NCBI GenBank assembly: GCA_963677105.1
Contig: OY781871.1
Location: 750,001 to 782,000 of the forward strand
Length of the DNA stretch: 32,000 nt
Reading direction: 5' to 3'
Origin: Candidatus Saccharimonadota bacterium
GTDB taxonomy: Bacteria; Patescibacteriota; Gracilibacteria; UBA4473
A program made the translations under genes and the position numbers. Below, in pieces: positions 8,738 to 15,309 of the stretch (position 1 is the first letter of the stretch; each line of letters starts with the position of its first letter). The notes beneath the pieces were generated by a model. It searched no databases, had not been told where the DNA came from, and saw only the letters and a list, made by a program, of their open reading frames with translations.

Positions 8738-8794
8738 GCGAAACGTGAATACGTTTCGCTTAAAACTACAAACTACAAATTACAAAGTTCAAAT
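8738..8794 (+). repeat. Composite 3' module: 8-bp hairpin (gcgaaacg/cgtttcgc) plus a heptamer array (ttaaaac tacaaac tacaaat tacaaag ttcaaat)
   Basis: Starts 3 nt after the guaA stop. The same architecture in the same sense follows the 566-aa gene at 21905-21840 (minus strand). Confidence 0.75.
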
Positions 8795-8819
8795 AGAGAG
8801 AGTTGTTTTTAAAGGATGT

Positions 8820-8848
8820 TTGACAATTTATGATAAATAAGTATAAAT
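8820..8848 (+). promoter_or_regulatory. Sigma70-type promoter of the small-ORF cassette A
   Basis: TTGACA (8820-8825), a 16-nt spacer, TATAAA (8842-8847). Homologous to the modules at 14707 and 18967. Confidence 0.5.
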
Positions 8849-9086
8849 AGCGCAAATTGTTCTTTTACATTGCGAATTACAGGGCCTAATTCTTGTCATT
8901 TTTTGTTTTATTATTTCTCTTTGCATTCTTCCAATAGGAATGGATATAAGGGTAAGTAAAACTAAGAAGTGAAAAATTTCAGGCTCTACAAGGATTACAC
9001 GATGTAGATCGTAACTTGGAGAACAGAATTTTCATCTCTATGTTTCGATCTATATCGATCGAAATAAAAAAAAGGAGAAAAGTCTA

Positions 9087-9353
9087 ATGAAAGAAAAAGT
9101 CATAGAGCTCCTGCAAGACGCAGGACGAAATAGTATGAACTTGGGAAGTGAATCGGCAGTTAAGATTTTGGCGGAACAGATTCATGCTCTTTATTCATTT
9201 AAAAAAGGAAATTTGGCAAGAATTAAAGAAATCTTAAGAAAGTACGGAAACAATGGAGTAAATTTAACAAGTACATCGGCTATTAATAGAATAGCTAATG
9301 AAATTGATGAGGCAAAAGAAAAGGAGTTTAAGAATGGCAAAGAAGAAGTGTAA
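9087..9353 (+). CDS. Small orphan protein (88 aa) with an internal ~29-aa duplication
   Basis: AAGGAG at 9072-9077, 9 nt before the ATG. Repeat ELLQDAGRNSMNLGSESAVKILAEQIHAL / EILRKYGNNGVNLTSTSAINRIANEIDEA. Confidence 0.6.
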   Translation: MKEKVIELLQDAGRNSMNLGSESAVKILAEQIHALYSFKKGNLARIKEILRKYGNNGVNLTSTSAINRIANEIDEAKEKEFKNGKEEV

Positions 9354-9498
9354 AGGTGGTAAAGGTGGTAGTACGAAAGCATTTAATTCCAAAAAAGGTG
9401 TATGTAACGGAAATGTAGATCAAGGCGGGAAAAGACCCTGTCACAATTGTAAGGGAATGCATAGTTGTAAAGACAGCTACTACTTTGGTAGAAGATAA
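9334..9498 (+). CDS. 54-aa Lys/Arg- and Cys-rich peptide, overlapping the upstream ORF by 20 nt
   Basis: AAGGAG at 9321-9326, 7 nt before ATG 9334. MAKKKCKGGKGGSTKAFNSKKGVCNGNVDQGGKRPCHNCKGMHSCKDSYYFGRR. The track ORF starts earlier (9298) in the same frame. A terminator follows. Confidence 0.5.
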   Translation: MAKKKCKGGKGGSTKAFNSKKGVCNGNVDQGGKRPCHNCKGMHSCKDSYYFGRR

Positions 9499-9515
9499 TC
9501 CTTGGACTGAGATTT

Positions 9516-9548
9516 TGCGCACTTTTCGGAGTGCGCATTTTTTTTTAT
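9516..9548 (+). terminator. Rho-independent terminator of cassette A
   Basis: tgcgcac-ttttcgga-gtgcgca followed by about 10 T. Confidence 0.8.
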
Positions 9549-9564
9549 TTCAAACGGCTTCTTT

Positions 9565-9593
9565 TTGACGTTATAAAAATTCGAAGTACACTT
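9565..9593 (+). promoter_or_regulatory. Putative promoter of tRNA-Ser
   Basis: TTGACG (9565-9570), a 16-nt spacer, TACACT (9587-9592), about 10 nt before the tRNA 5' end. Preceded by cttcttt, as in other promoters here. Confidence 0.35.
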
Positions 9594-9603
9594 TTTTCGC
9601 CGC

Positions 9604-9693
9604 GGAGAGGTGGCAGAGTGGTCGAATGCGCACGCTTGGAAAGCGTGTATACGAGCAATCGTATCACGGGTTCAAATCCCGTTCTCTCCGCCA
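9604..9693 (+). tRNA. tRNA-Ser(GGA): tRNA-Ser (anticodon GGA), CCA encoded
   Basis: Hand fold: acceptor ggagagg/tctctcc, anticodon stem cacgc/gcgtg with loop ttGGAaa, long variable arm (tatacgagcaatcgtatc), T arm acggg-ttcaaat-cccgt, discriminator G plus CCA. Confidence 0.9.
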
Positions 9694-9763
9694 TGTCAGA
9701 CTCCTACCCGGAAGTCAAAAAATAATTGAAGATAAGGTAGGAGACCGAGCCATCCCGCCACGT

Positions 9764-9792
9764 CGGAATAAGCTTCGCTTGTTCCGTTTTTT
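9764..9792 (+). terminator. Rho-independent terminator downstream of tRNA-Ser
   Basis: Perfect 10-bp hairpin cggaataagc-ttc-gcttgttccg (one G-U pair) followed by tttttt. Confidence 0.75.
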
Positions 9793-9889
9793 GTTTCACA
9801 AAAAAACTTCACTGCTTCGCTATTCCTCCTTTTCCTCGCAAAACACATTTTACTTAGCATGTTGAGAATTTTGCTCGGGGAAATTAAAT

Positions 9890-9939
9890 ATTTGCACTTT
9901 GCACTTTGTAATTTGGAATTTGATATTTAGAGCGAAGCG
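9890..9939 (-). repeat. Reverse-oriented heptamer array plus GCGAAGCG box upstream of the FKBP gene
   Basis: atttgca ctttgca ctttgta atttgga atttgat atttaga (rc = TNCAAAN units) followed by gcgaagcg. Confidence 0.7.
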
Positions 9940-9955
9940 ATTAAACTACTCATCG

Positions 9956-10363
9956 ATGAAAAAGTTTTTTCTCGGTCTCGGTATTCTAGTAGCAATTACT
10001 GGTTGTTCCTTATTTAATAATTCTATGGTAAAAACAGACTCCGGCTTACAGTACGAAATCCTTACAAAAGGAAAAGGTGATGCAGCAAAAAGTGGTGATC
10101 TTGTGAGTGTTCATTACACAGGATGGCTTGATAATGGTATAAAATTCGATTCAAGTGTAGATCGAGGTCAGCCGTTTCAGTTTATGGTTGGAGCTGGACA
10201 AGTGATTAAAGGATGGGACGAAGGAGTGGAAGGAATGCTTCCTGGTGAAAAACGAAAACTCATTATTCCTGCAGACTTGGGATATGGAGACGCTGGAGCA
10301 GGAAATGTTATTCCTGGTGGAGCGACACTTACGTTTGATGTTGAATTGATTCAGATTCGATAA
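9956..10363 (+). CDS. FKBP-type peptidyl-prolyl cis-trans isomerase, probable lipoprotein
   Basis: Start moved to the internal ATG (MKKFFLGLGILVAITGC, lipobox ITGC). FKBP core GDLVSVHYTGWLDNGIKFDSS...GQVIKGWDEG..GM..GEKRKLIIP..LGYG...IPGGATLTFDVEL. Confidence 0.88.
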   Translation: MKKFFLGLGILVAITGCSLFNNSMVKTDSGLQYEILTKGKGDAAKSGDLVSVHYTGWLDNGIKFDSSVDRGQPFQFMVGAGQVIKGWDEGVEGMLPGEKRKLIIPADLGYGDAGAGNVIPGGATLTFDVELIQIR

Positions 10364-10382
10364 ACAGTAATAAAATTTTAAT

Positions 10383-10417
10383 AAAAAAAGACACTGTCGT
10401 GTGACGGCGTCTTTTTT
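10383..10417. terminator. Bidirectional terminator between the convergent FKBP and S41 peptidase genes
   Basis: A-run, then hairpin gacactgtc-gtgt-gacggcgtc (one mismatch), then T-run. Confidence 0.7.
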
Positions 10418-10430
10418 ACATTTGAAAAGA

Positions 10431-12347
10431 TTACCAACTCAATAATTCATGAATTGCTCGACTGAGTTGCGGATCAACATTTTGTTTTCTTTGTTCTACC
10501 GTTGGACAAGGGATTTCGATATCTGGTTTAATTCCTTTTCCTTCCAGCCATGTTCCATTCGGACTTATCCATTTCGCAACAGTAACTTTTAAAATTCCAC
10601 CATTATTATACTGAGAGAGTGATTGTATAACTCCTTTTCCATGAGTTATTTCTCCGATTGTTTTAGCACGATTATAATCTTTCAATGCTTTGATTAGGAT
10701 TTCTGAAGCAGAAGCAGTTCCCTTATTTTGAAGAATAATTATTTTATTTACATCTTTCAGCTCTCCATCGCGGGAAGCAGTGTAATTATTAGAATAAGTT
10801 TTGAATTCAGTTGAAAAGATGGTTTGGTCCTTTTTCAAGAAGATTTCCCCGATTTCAACGGCTTCTGTGAGATAACCACCAGGATTATTTCTGAGATCAA
10901 TGATTATTCCACGAGGATTTTTTGGCATAATTTCTTCTTTTATTTTTTTCAATAAAGCTTCACTAGTAGATCGATTAAATTGATGAATTCCGAGAATAGG
11001 AAGTGAACGATCCCATGTAAGAGTTACCGATGGAATTTGTATTTTTCCGCGCACAACCTCAACTTCTAGCTTATGATTTCCACGACGAATATTAAGAAGT
11101 ACTTTTGTTCCAGACGGTCCTTTAATTCTCTGAACACTGTCTGTGATAGATTCGTTTTCAATATTAAACTTATCAACATGTGTGATAATGTCTCCAGGAA
11201 GAATTCCCGCATGTTGAGCGGGAGATCCAGTTATAGGAGCTGTTATAAAGAGCCTTCCATCAACTAGTTCTACATAAGCACCAATCCCTTCGATTTCGCC
11301 ATTAAGGCTTTCTTCATATTCTTTGGATTTTCCTGGTTTTATATAGGTAGTGTATTTGTCTCCTAATTCAAATACCATTGCGGCGATTGCAGATTCGATC
11401 ATTTCTTTTTTCTTTTTTCTCGTGATTTTTTCTGGAAATCTATATTTAGAATTTAACTCACTAAGAATTGTTTTTAACATATCAAAACTTTCTGAGGTAT
11501 CAGATTTGACGCTATTTTTGGTATTAGTTGTTATAGAAGTACTATTGTTGTCATCATTTTCATTAATAATTCGAATAGTAGTGCGAACGGTTTGTTTTTT
11601 TTGTTCCTCTTCTTTCTTTTTTTGAAGAGCATTTGTTCTTTTTCGTACTACTTTTATTGGAGACTGAAGAGGTTCTAATAAAGATTGTTTTTTCCCTTCT
11701 GTTGCAAACCTATATAGCCATGAGATAAGGGTTCCTCTTTTCATGCTAAGGTTTGGACGGAAATTTTTCACATCAGCTTCAGTTATCATATTAGAAGCAA
11801 AAGCTGTTTCTAAAAGAGGTAAATATTCCGCTCGATTAGAGGGAAGCATGTTAAATTGTGTTTGGAATGCAGAGCTTGTTCGTCTTGGAGGAAGCAATGC
11901 TTTTGTTTTCACCAGAACAGAGAGCGCCTCAAGTTGTGTAATATTTTTCAATGGATCAAATTCATCTTCTGGTGAAATGAAATCTCTGCGAATTGCTTCA
12001 CGTAAAAATTGTGCAAGAGGATCATCATCATCAATATTTGGTGGTAGTGGGGTATTGAATGTTGCAGAATTTTTATCAAATCCAGCTTCTTGTAATACAA
12101 GTGGCCAAAACATAAGAGCGGGAATAGGTTCACTCGATCGGAAAAATCCACCCGGTTTCAGAAATTCATTTTCTGTGGCCCAATCGAGAGCTGGACGAAG
12201 TTTTGAATTTGGTGAAATATCTCGAAACGCAGACTTACTGAGTGTATGACGTGCAGATTGAATTTCTTTTAAAGAAGTGTCTGCGTGTGCAGCTTGTCCC
12301 AATAAAAGAGATATTGTGAAAACAATAATTATGTATTTTTTCATCAT
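10431..12347 (-). CDS. S41-family C-terminal processing peptidase (PDZ + S41) with a ~300-aa N-terminal extension
   Basis: 638 aa. Signal peptide MMKKYIIIVFTISLLLGQAAHA. PDZ-like GSPAQHAGILPGDIITHV. S41 motifs IIDLRNNPGGYL, NKGTASASEIL and GEITHGKG. Confidence 0.85.
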   Translation of the reverse strand: MMKKYIIIVFTISLLLGQAAHADTSLKEIQSARHTLSKSAFRDISPNSKLRPALDWATENEFLKPGGFFRSSEPIPALMFWPLVLQEAGFDKNSATFNTPLPPNIDDDDPLAQFLREAIRRDFISPEDEFDPLKNITQLEALSVLVKTKALLPPRRTSSAFQTQFNMLPSNRAEYLPLLETAFASNMITEADVKNFRPNLSMKRGTLISWLYRFATEGKKQSLLEPLQSPIKVVRKRTNALQKKKEEEQKKQTVRTTIRIINENDDNNSTSITTNTKNSVKSDTSESFDMLKTILSELNSKYRFPEKITRKKKKEMIESAIAAMVFELGDKYTTYIKPGKSKEYEESLNGEIEGIGAYVELVDGRLFITAPITGSPAQHAGILPGDIITHVDKFNIENESITDSVQRIKGPSGTKVLLNIRRGNHKLEVEVVRGKIQIPSVTLTWDRSLPILGIHQFNRSTSEALLKKIKEEIMPKNPRGIIIDLRNNPGGYLTEAVEIGEIFLKKDQTIFSTEFKTYSNNYTASRDGELKDVNKIIILQNKGTASASEILIKALKDYNRAKTIGEITHGKGVIQSLSQYNNGGILKVTVAKWISPNGTWLEGKGIKPDIEIPCPTVEQRKQNVDPQLSRAIHELLSW

Positions 12348-12403
12348 GATTACATTCTACCCCTGCATATTGGATATTTCCAAGAAAGTTTTGGAGTTTT
12401 TTT

Positions 12404-12430
12404 TAAAAATAACGTCTTTTAAGACGTTAT
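12404..12430 (-). terminator. Terminator after rplT
   Basis: Hairpin ataacgtct-ttta-agacgttat. A T-run follows on the minus strand (complement of the 12404-12408 a-run). Confidence 0.65.
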
Positions 12431-12459
12431 TTTACATTTTCATAAAGAGTAATTCCTTC

Positions 12460-12819
12460 TTATTTCACTTTGGTTGCTTTCGCAAGATCTACTATTTTTT
12501 GAAATACTGCAGGATAATTGATGGCAAGTTCACTTAAGTTTTTTCGATCAACATCCATTTTTGCATGTAACCATTTGTTTTTAATCTCAGAATATCGTAA
12601 TCCTTGTGCACGAAGTGCAGATGATATTCGAGAAATCCATAAGCGTCGAAAATCTCGTTTTTTTTGTTTTCGTCCAACGTAGGCATTTAACCCAGCTTTC
12701 ATCCATGCTTGTTTTGCAAGTCTGAAAATTGTGTGATTTTTCCCACGAAATCCTTTTGTTTCACGACGAATTTTTGTGTGTCGTGCTCGCGATGCCGGTC
12801 CTCCTTTTACACGTACCAT
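12460..12819 (-). CDS. rplT: 50S ribosomal protein L20
   Basis: 119 aa. MVRVKGGPASRARHTKIRRETKGFRG... is a typical L20. Confidence 0.95.
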   Translation of the reverse strand: MVRVKGGPASRARHTKIRRETKGFRGKNHTIFRLAKQAWMKAGLNAYVGRKQKKRDFRRLWISRISSALRAQGLRYSEIKNKWLHAKMDVDRKNLSELAINYPAVFQKIVDLAKATKVK

Positions 12820-12830
12820 TTTTCAGAAAA

Positions 12831-13028
12831 TTATTTTGAAATATTTAGCATTCGAGAGAGAGTTCCTCTGAGAGATGCTGGTGCCTTTTGTCCAAGACGT
12901 GAAACTTTTTTCTGTCGTGAACTTTTACTTGAGAGTAAATGATTTTTCGCTGCTTTCTGGAGCATTATTTTTCCAGATCCAGTTACTTTTACTCGTTTTT
13001 TTGCGGCTGTTTTCGTTTTTTGCTTCAT
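12831..13028 (-). CDS. rpmI: 50S ribosomal protein L35
   Basis: 65 aa. MKQKTKTAAKKRVKVTGSGKI... The start overlaps the infC stop (ATGA). Confidence 0.92.
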   Translation of the reverse strand: MKQKTKTAAKKRVKVTGSGKIMLQKAAKNHLLSSKSSRQKKVSRLGQKAPASLRGTLSRMLNISK

Positions 13029-13579
13029 TTTTTTAAAGGTTTGAGAATCGCTATTATTTGAAATCCATTTGGACGAGCCGGTTGCTCAATGGAACTAACC
13101 TCAGAAAGGGATTCCATGAAATCGGTTAATTTTTGAACTGCAAGATGTGAATGTGCTCGTTCTCGACCACGAAGTCGCATTTGAAGTCGTACAGTATTTC
13201 CTTCAGAAAGGAACTTGTGTGCCAGCTTTCTTTGACGTTCAAGATCTCCAACATCAATTTTGAAAGTAAGGCGTATTCCTTTTATTTCATGAGTTTTTTC
13301 AGATTTCTTATTCTCCTGTTGTTTTTTCTTTTCTTCATACAGAAATTTTCCGTAATCAATAAGTTTGCAAACAGGTGGTTTAGCGGTTGGAGATATTTCT
13401 ACTAAGTCTACATTCAACTCGTCTGCACGAGAGCGAGCATCATCAGTGGACATTACTCCCAACATTTCTCCTTCGGTATCGACGACACGAACCTCAGGCA
13501 CACGAATGTGCTGATTAATCCTGTGTGATTGTCGAGTGTCACGCGGAGCGGACCTTCGACTACGACCTCGGTAAGAAAT
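13025..13579 (-). CDS. infC: Translation initiation factor IF-3; non-canonical start, 5' end uncertain (ATT 13579 or ATA 13585)
   Basis: The track ORF begins at a GTG inside the conserved N-terminus. The in-frame upstream sequence reads ..SYRGRSRRSAPRDTRQSHRINQHIRVPEVRVVD, which matches the IF-3 N-terminal RINxxIRxxEVRLI. There is no ATG/GTG/TTG between this and the in-frame ackA stop at 13640-13642. Confidence 0.85.
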   Translation of the reverse strand: MSYRGRSRRSAPRDTRQSHRINQHIRVPEVRVVDTEGEMLGVMSTDDARSRADELNVDLVEISPTAKPPVCKLIDYGKFLYEEKKKQQENKKSEKTHEIKGIRLTFKIDVGDLERQRKLAHKFLSEGNTVRLQMRLRGRERAHSHLAVQKLTDFMESLSEVSSIEQPARPNGFQIIAILKPLKK

Positions 13580-13639
13580 TCCTATTTTTTCGCGAAATAT
13601 GAAAAAAGCCCAGCGATTGTAGTGTTGAACGAGTGTTTG

Positions 13640-14638
13640 TCAAACTTTTTCAGAAACTTGTCTTCGGATTTCTTCTGCTTCATCTACATCGACAATAGAG
13701 AGCTTAAAGGGCTCTAGTGGAGCAAGTGCTTTTTTTATTTCATTTTGAATCCATTCATTTCTTGTGCCAATTCCTCCAGAAAGTGCAATTGTATCGAGTC
13801 CGCCAAGCACTCCAGCAGCAGAAAATATATGTTTTATTACACGGATAAGAAACATTTCTCGAGCGAGTTTTGCATCAGGTGTTTTTCCTTCAAAAACATC
13901 TTTTACATCTGTTGATCCAGCGATACCCAAAATTCCAGATTTTTTATTTAATACATCCAGTACTTCGTTTTTATTGAGATTGAGTTTTTCCTGCATAAAA
14001 GCAACGGCTCCTTCATCAATATTTCCAGAACGCGTAACCATCATGAGTCCTTCTAGAGGAGTGAATCCCATTGAAGTGTCAACAGATTTCCCGTTTTTTA
14101 CAGCTGTTACAGAAGATCCACCACCGAGATGACAAATTATAAGTTTTTCAGGGAGATCATTTTTTTCTTTCAGTTTTTGCACTACCGATTGGCAAGCGAT
14201 TCCGTGAAATCCGAATTTTTGAATTCCAAGATCGTCAGCAATTTTTTTTGGAATAGCATAACGTGCTAATTTCTCTGGAATTGTACGATGAAACGCAGTA
14301 TCAAACACGGCAAAAATTTTCGCATTTTTATCAAACTCCAAAAGTTGTTCCACAATTCTCATTGCTGGAGGATTGTGAAGAGGAGCAAGTTCAGAGAGTT
14401 TTTTGAGTTCTGTTATTACGGCATCAGTAATTTGTATTGGTTCAGAAAACGTCGTTCCTCCATGAACAACTCGCAATCCAAATACATCAATTTGACCGAG
14501 CGTGAAGTTTTTTTCTTTCAGCATTTTCTCGATATTGGAAACTTCTCCAACGAATTCATTTGTAAGAAGTTCAGTTTCTCCATCATAAAGAGAGAATTTA
14601 GTGCTGGTTGATCCGGGATTGAGGGAGAGAAAAAGCAT
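13640..14638 (-). CDS. ackA: Acetate/propionate kinase family protein (compact, ~332 aa)
   Basis: Start set at ATG 14638 (MLFLSLNPGSTSTKFSLY). Motifs FDTAFHRTIPE, FGFHGIACQSV, CHLGGGSSVTAV and GFTPLEGLMMVTRSGNID. Confidence 0.85.
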   Translation of the reverse strand: MLFLSLNPGSTSTKFSLYDGETELLTNEFVGEVSNIEKMLKEKNFTLGQIDVFGLRVVHGGTTFSEPIQITDAVITELKKLSELAPLHNPPAMRIVEQLLEFDKNAKIFAVFDTAFHRTIPEKLARYAIPKKIADDLGIQKFGFHGIACQSVVQKLKEKNDLPEKLIICHLGGGSSVTAVKNGKSVDTSMGFTPLEGLMMVTRSGNIDEGAVAFMQEKLNLNKNEVLDVLNKKSGILGIAGSTDVKDVFEGKTPDAKLAREMFLIRVIKHIFSAAGVLGGLDTIALSGGIGTRNEWIQNEIKKALAPLEPFKLSIVDVDEAEEIRRQVSEKV

Positions 14639-14706
14639 ATATAATTTTTTTGTTTCAAAGAAAATATAACACAAAAAAGAGAGTCTTTTAAGGAAATGGC
14701 ATTAGG

Positions 14707-14735
14707 TTGACAAAATCAACATTTGGTTGTATAAT
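14707..14735 (+). promoter_or_regulatory. Consensus sigma70 promoter of cassette B
   Basis: TTGACA (14707-14712), a 17-nt spacer, TATAAT (14730-14735). Followed by GCGCAA..TGTTCTTTTA, as at 8850-8876. Confidence 0.65.
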
Positions 14736-14814
14736 GCGCAAGAAGGTGTTCTTTTATAATTTCATTTAACAAAATAAAAAATAAATCCCGTAGGGGATTA
14801 AAAAAGGAGACGTT

Positions 14815-15237
14815 ATGAAACGTTTAGTATTAATAGTGGCATTAGTAATCATCAGTTGTGTAGCATTCGGATTAGAGAGTAGGGACTTAGATAGTCGTAC
14901 TCAAACAAGATTGGCAAGTCTTTTTAAGGCTCAGGCCGATGATGGACAGGTTACTGTGTTTTCGAAAGAAGCAATTGATGTTTCGGGAAGTTCGTATTAC
15001 TTTATCGAATTAATTCCGGATGGAGAATTCTGCCCGAGTTGGTTCGTAGTATTCCAAATCCCCATGGAGGATGAATTCATTGACACAAAAGATATGAAGG
15101 CTGCTTCAATAATGGTTAGTGTAGAAGCTTTAGAGGAATTTCCCTTTAAAGGTATTCCTAGTCATAAAGTTGCTTTATTCAATACCTTCAAAACCGCCAA
15201 CAAACGTTGGTATATAAAGGAGGTGAATAAGAAGTAA
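14815..15237 (+). CDS. Small secreted protein / probable lipoprotein (140 aa), function unknown
   Basis: AAGGAG at 14804-14809. Signal MKRLVLIVALVIISC (lipobox-like IISC). Strong terminator. No family recognised. Confidence 0.65.
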   Translation: MKRLVLIVALVIISCVAFGLESRDLDSRTQTRLASLFKAQADDGQVTVFSKEAIDVSGSSYYFIELIPDGEFCPSWFVVFQIPMEDEFIDTKDMKAASIMVSVEALEEFPFKGIPSHKVALFNTFKTANKRWYIKEVNKK

Positions 15238-15253
15238 AAAACACTTTCACTCA

Positions 15254-15297
15254 ACCGTATCTATCTACAGCAATGTAGCTCTAGATACGGTTTTTTC
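15254..15297. terminator. Long-stem terminator between convergent cassette B and xfp
   Basis: accgtatcta..ctaca-gcaa-tgtag..tagatacggt followed by tttttt. Confidence 0.8.
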
Positions 15298-15309
15298 TTT
15301 GTGAAAAAA

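Noticed and set aside
9531-9865. Track ORFs 9531..9725 and 9626..9865.
   Set aside because: They overlap tRNA-Ser and its terminator and have no SD or sensible protein features.
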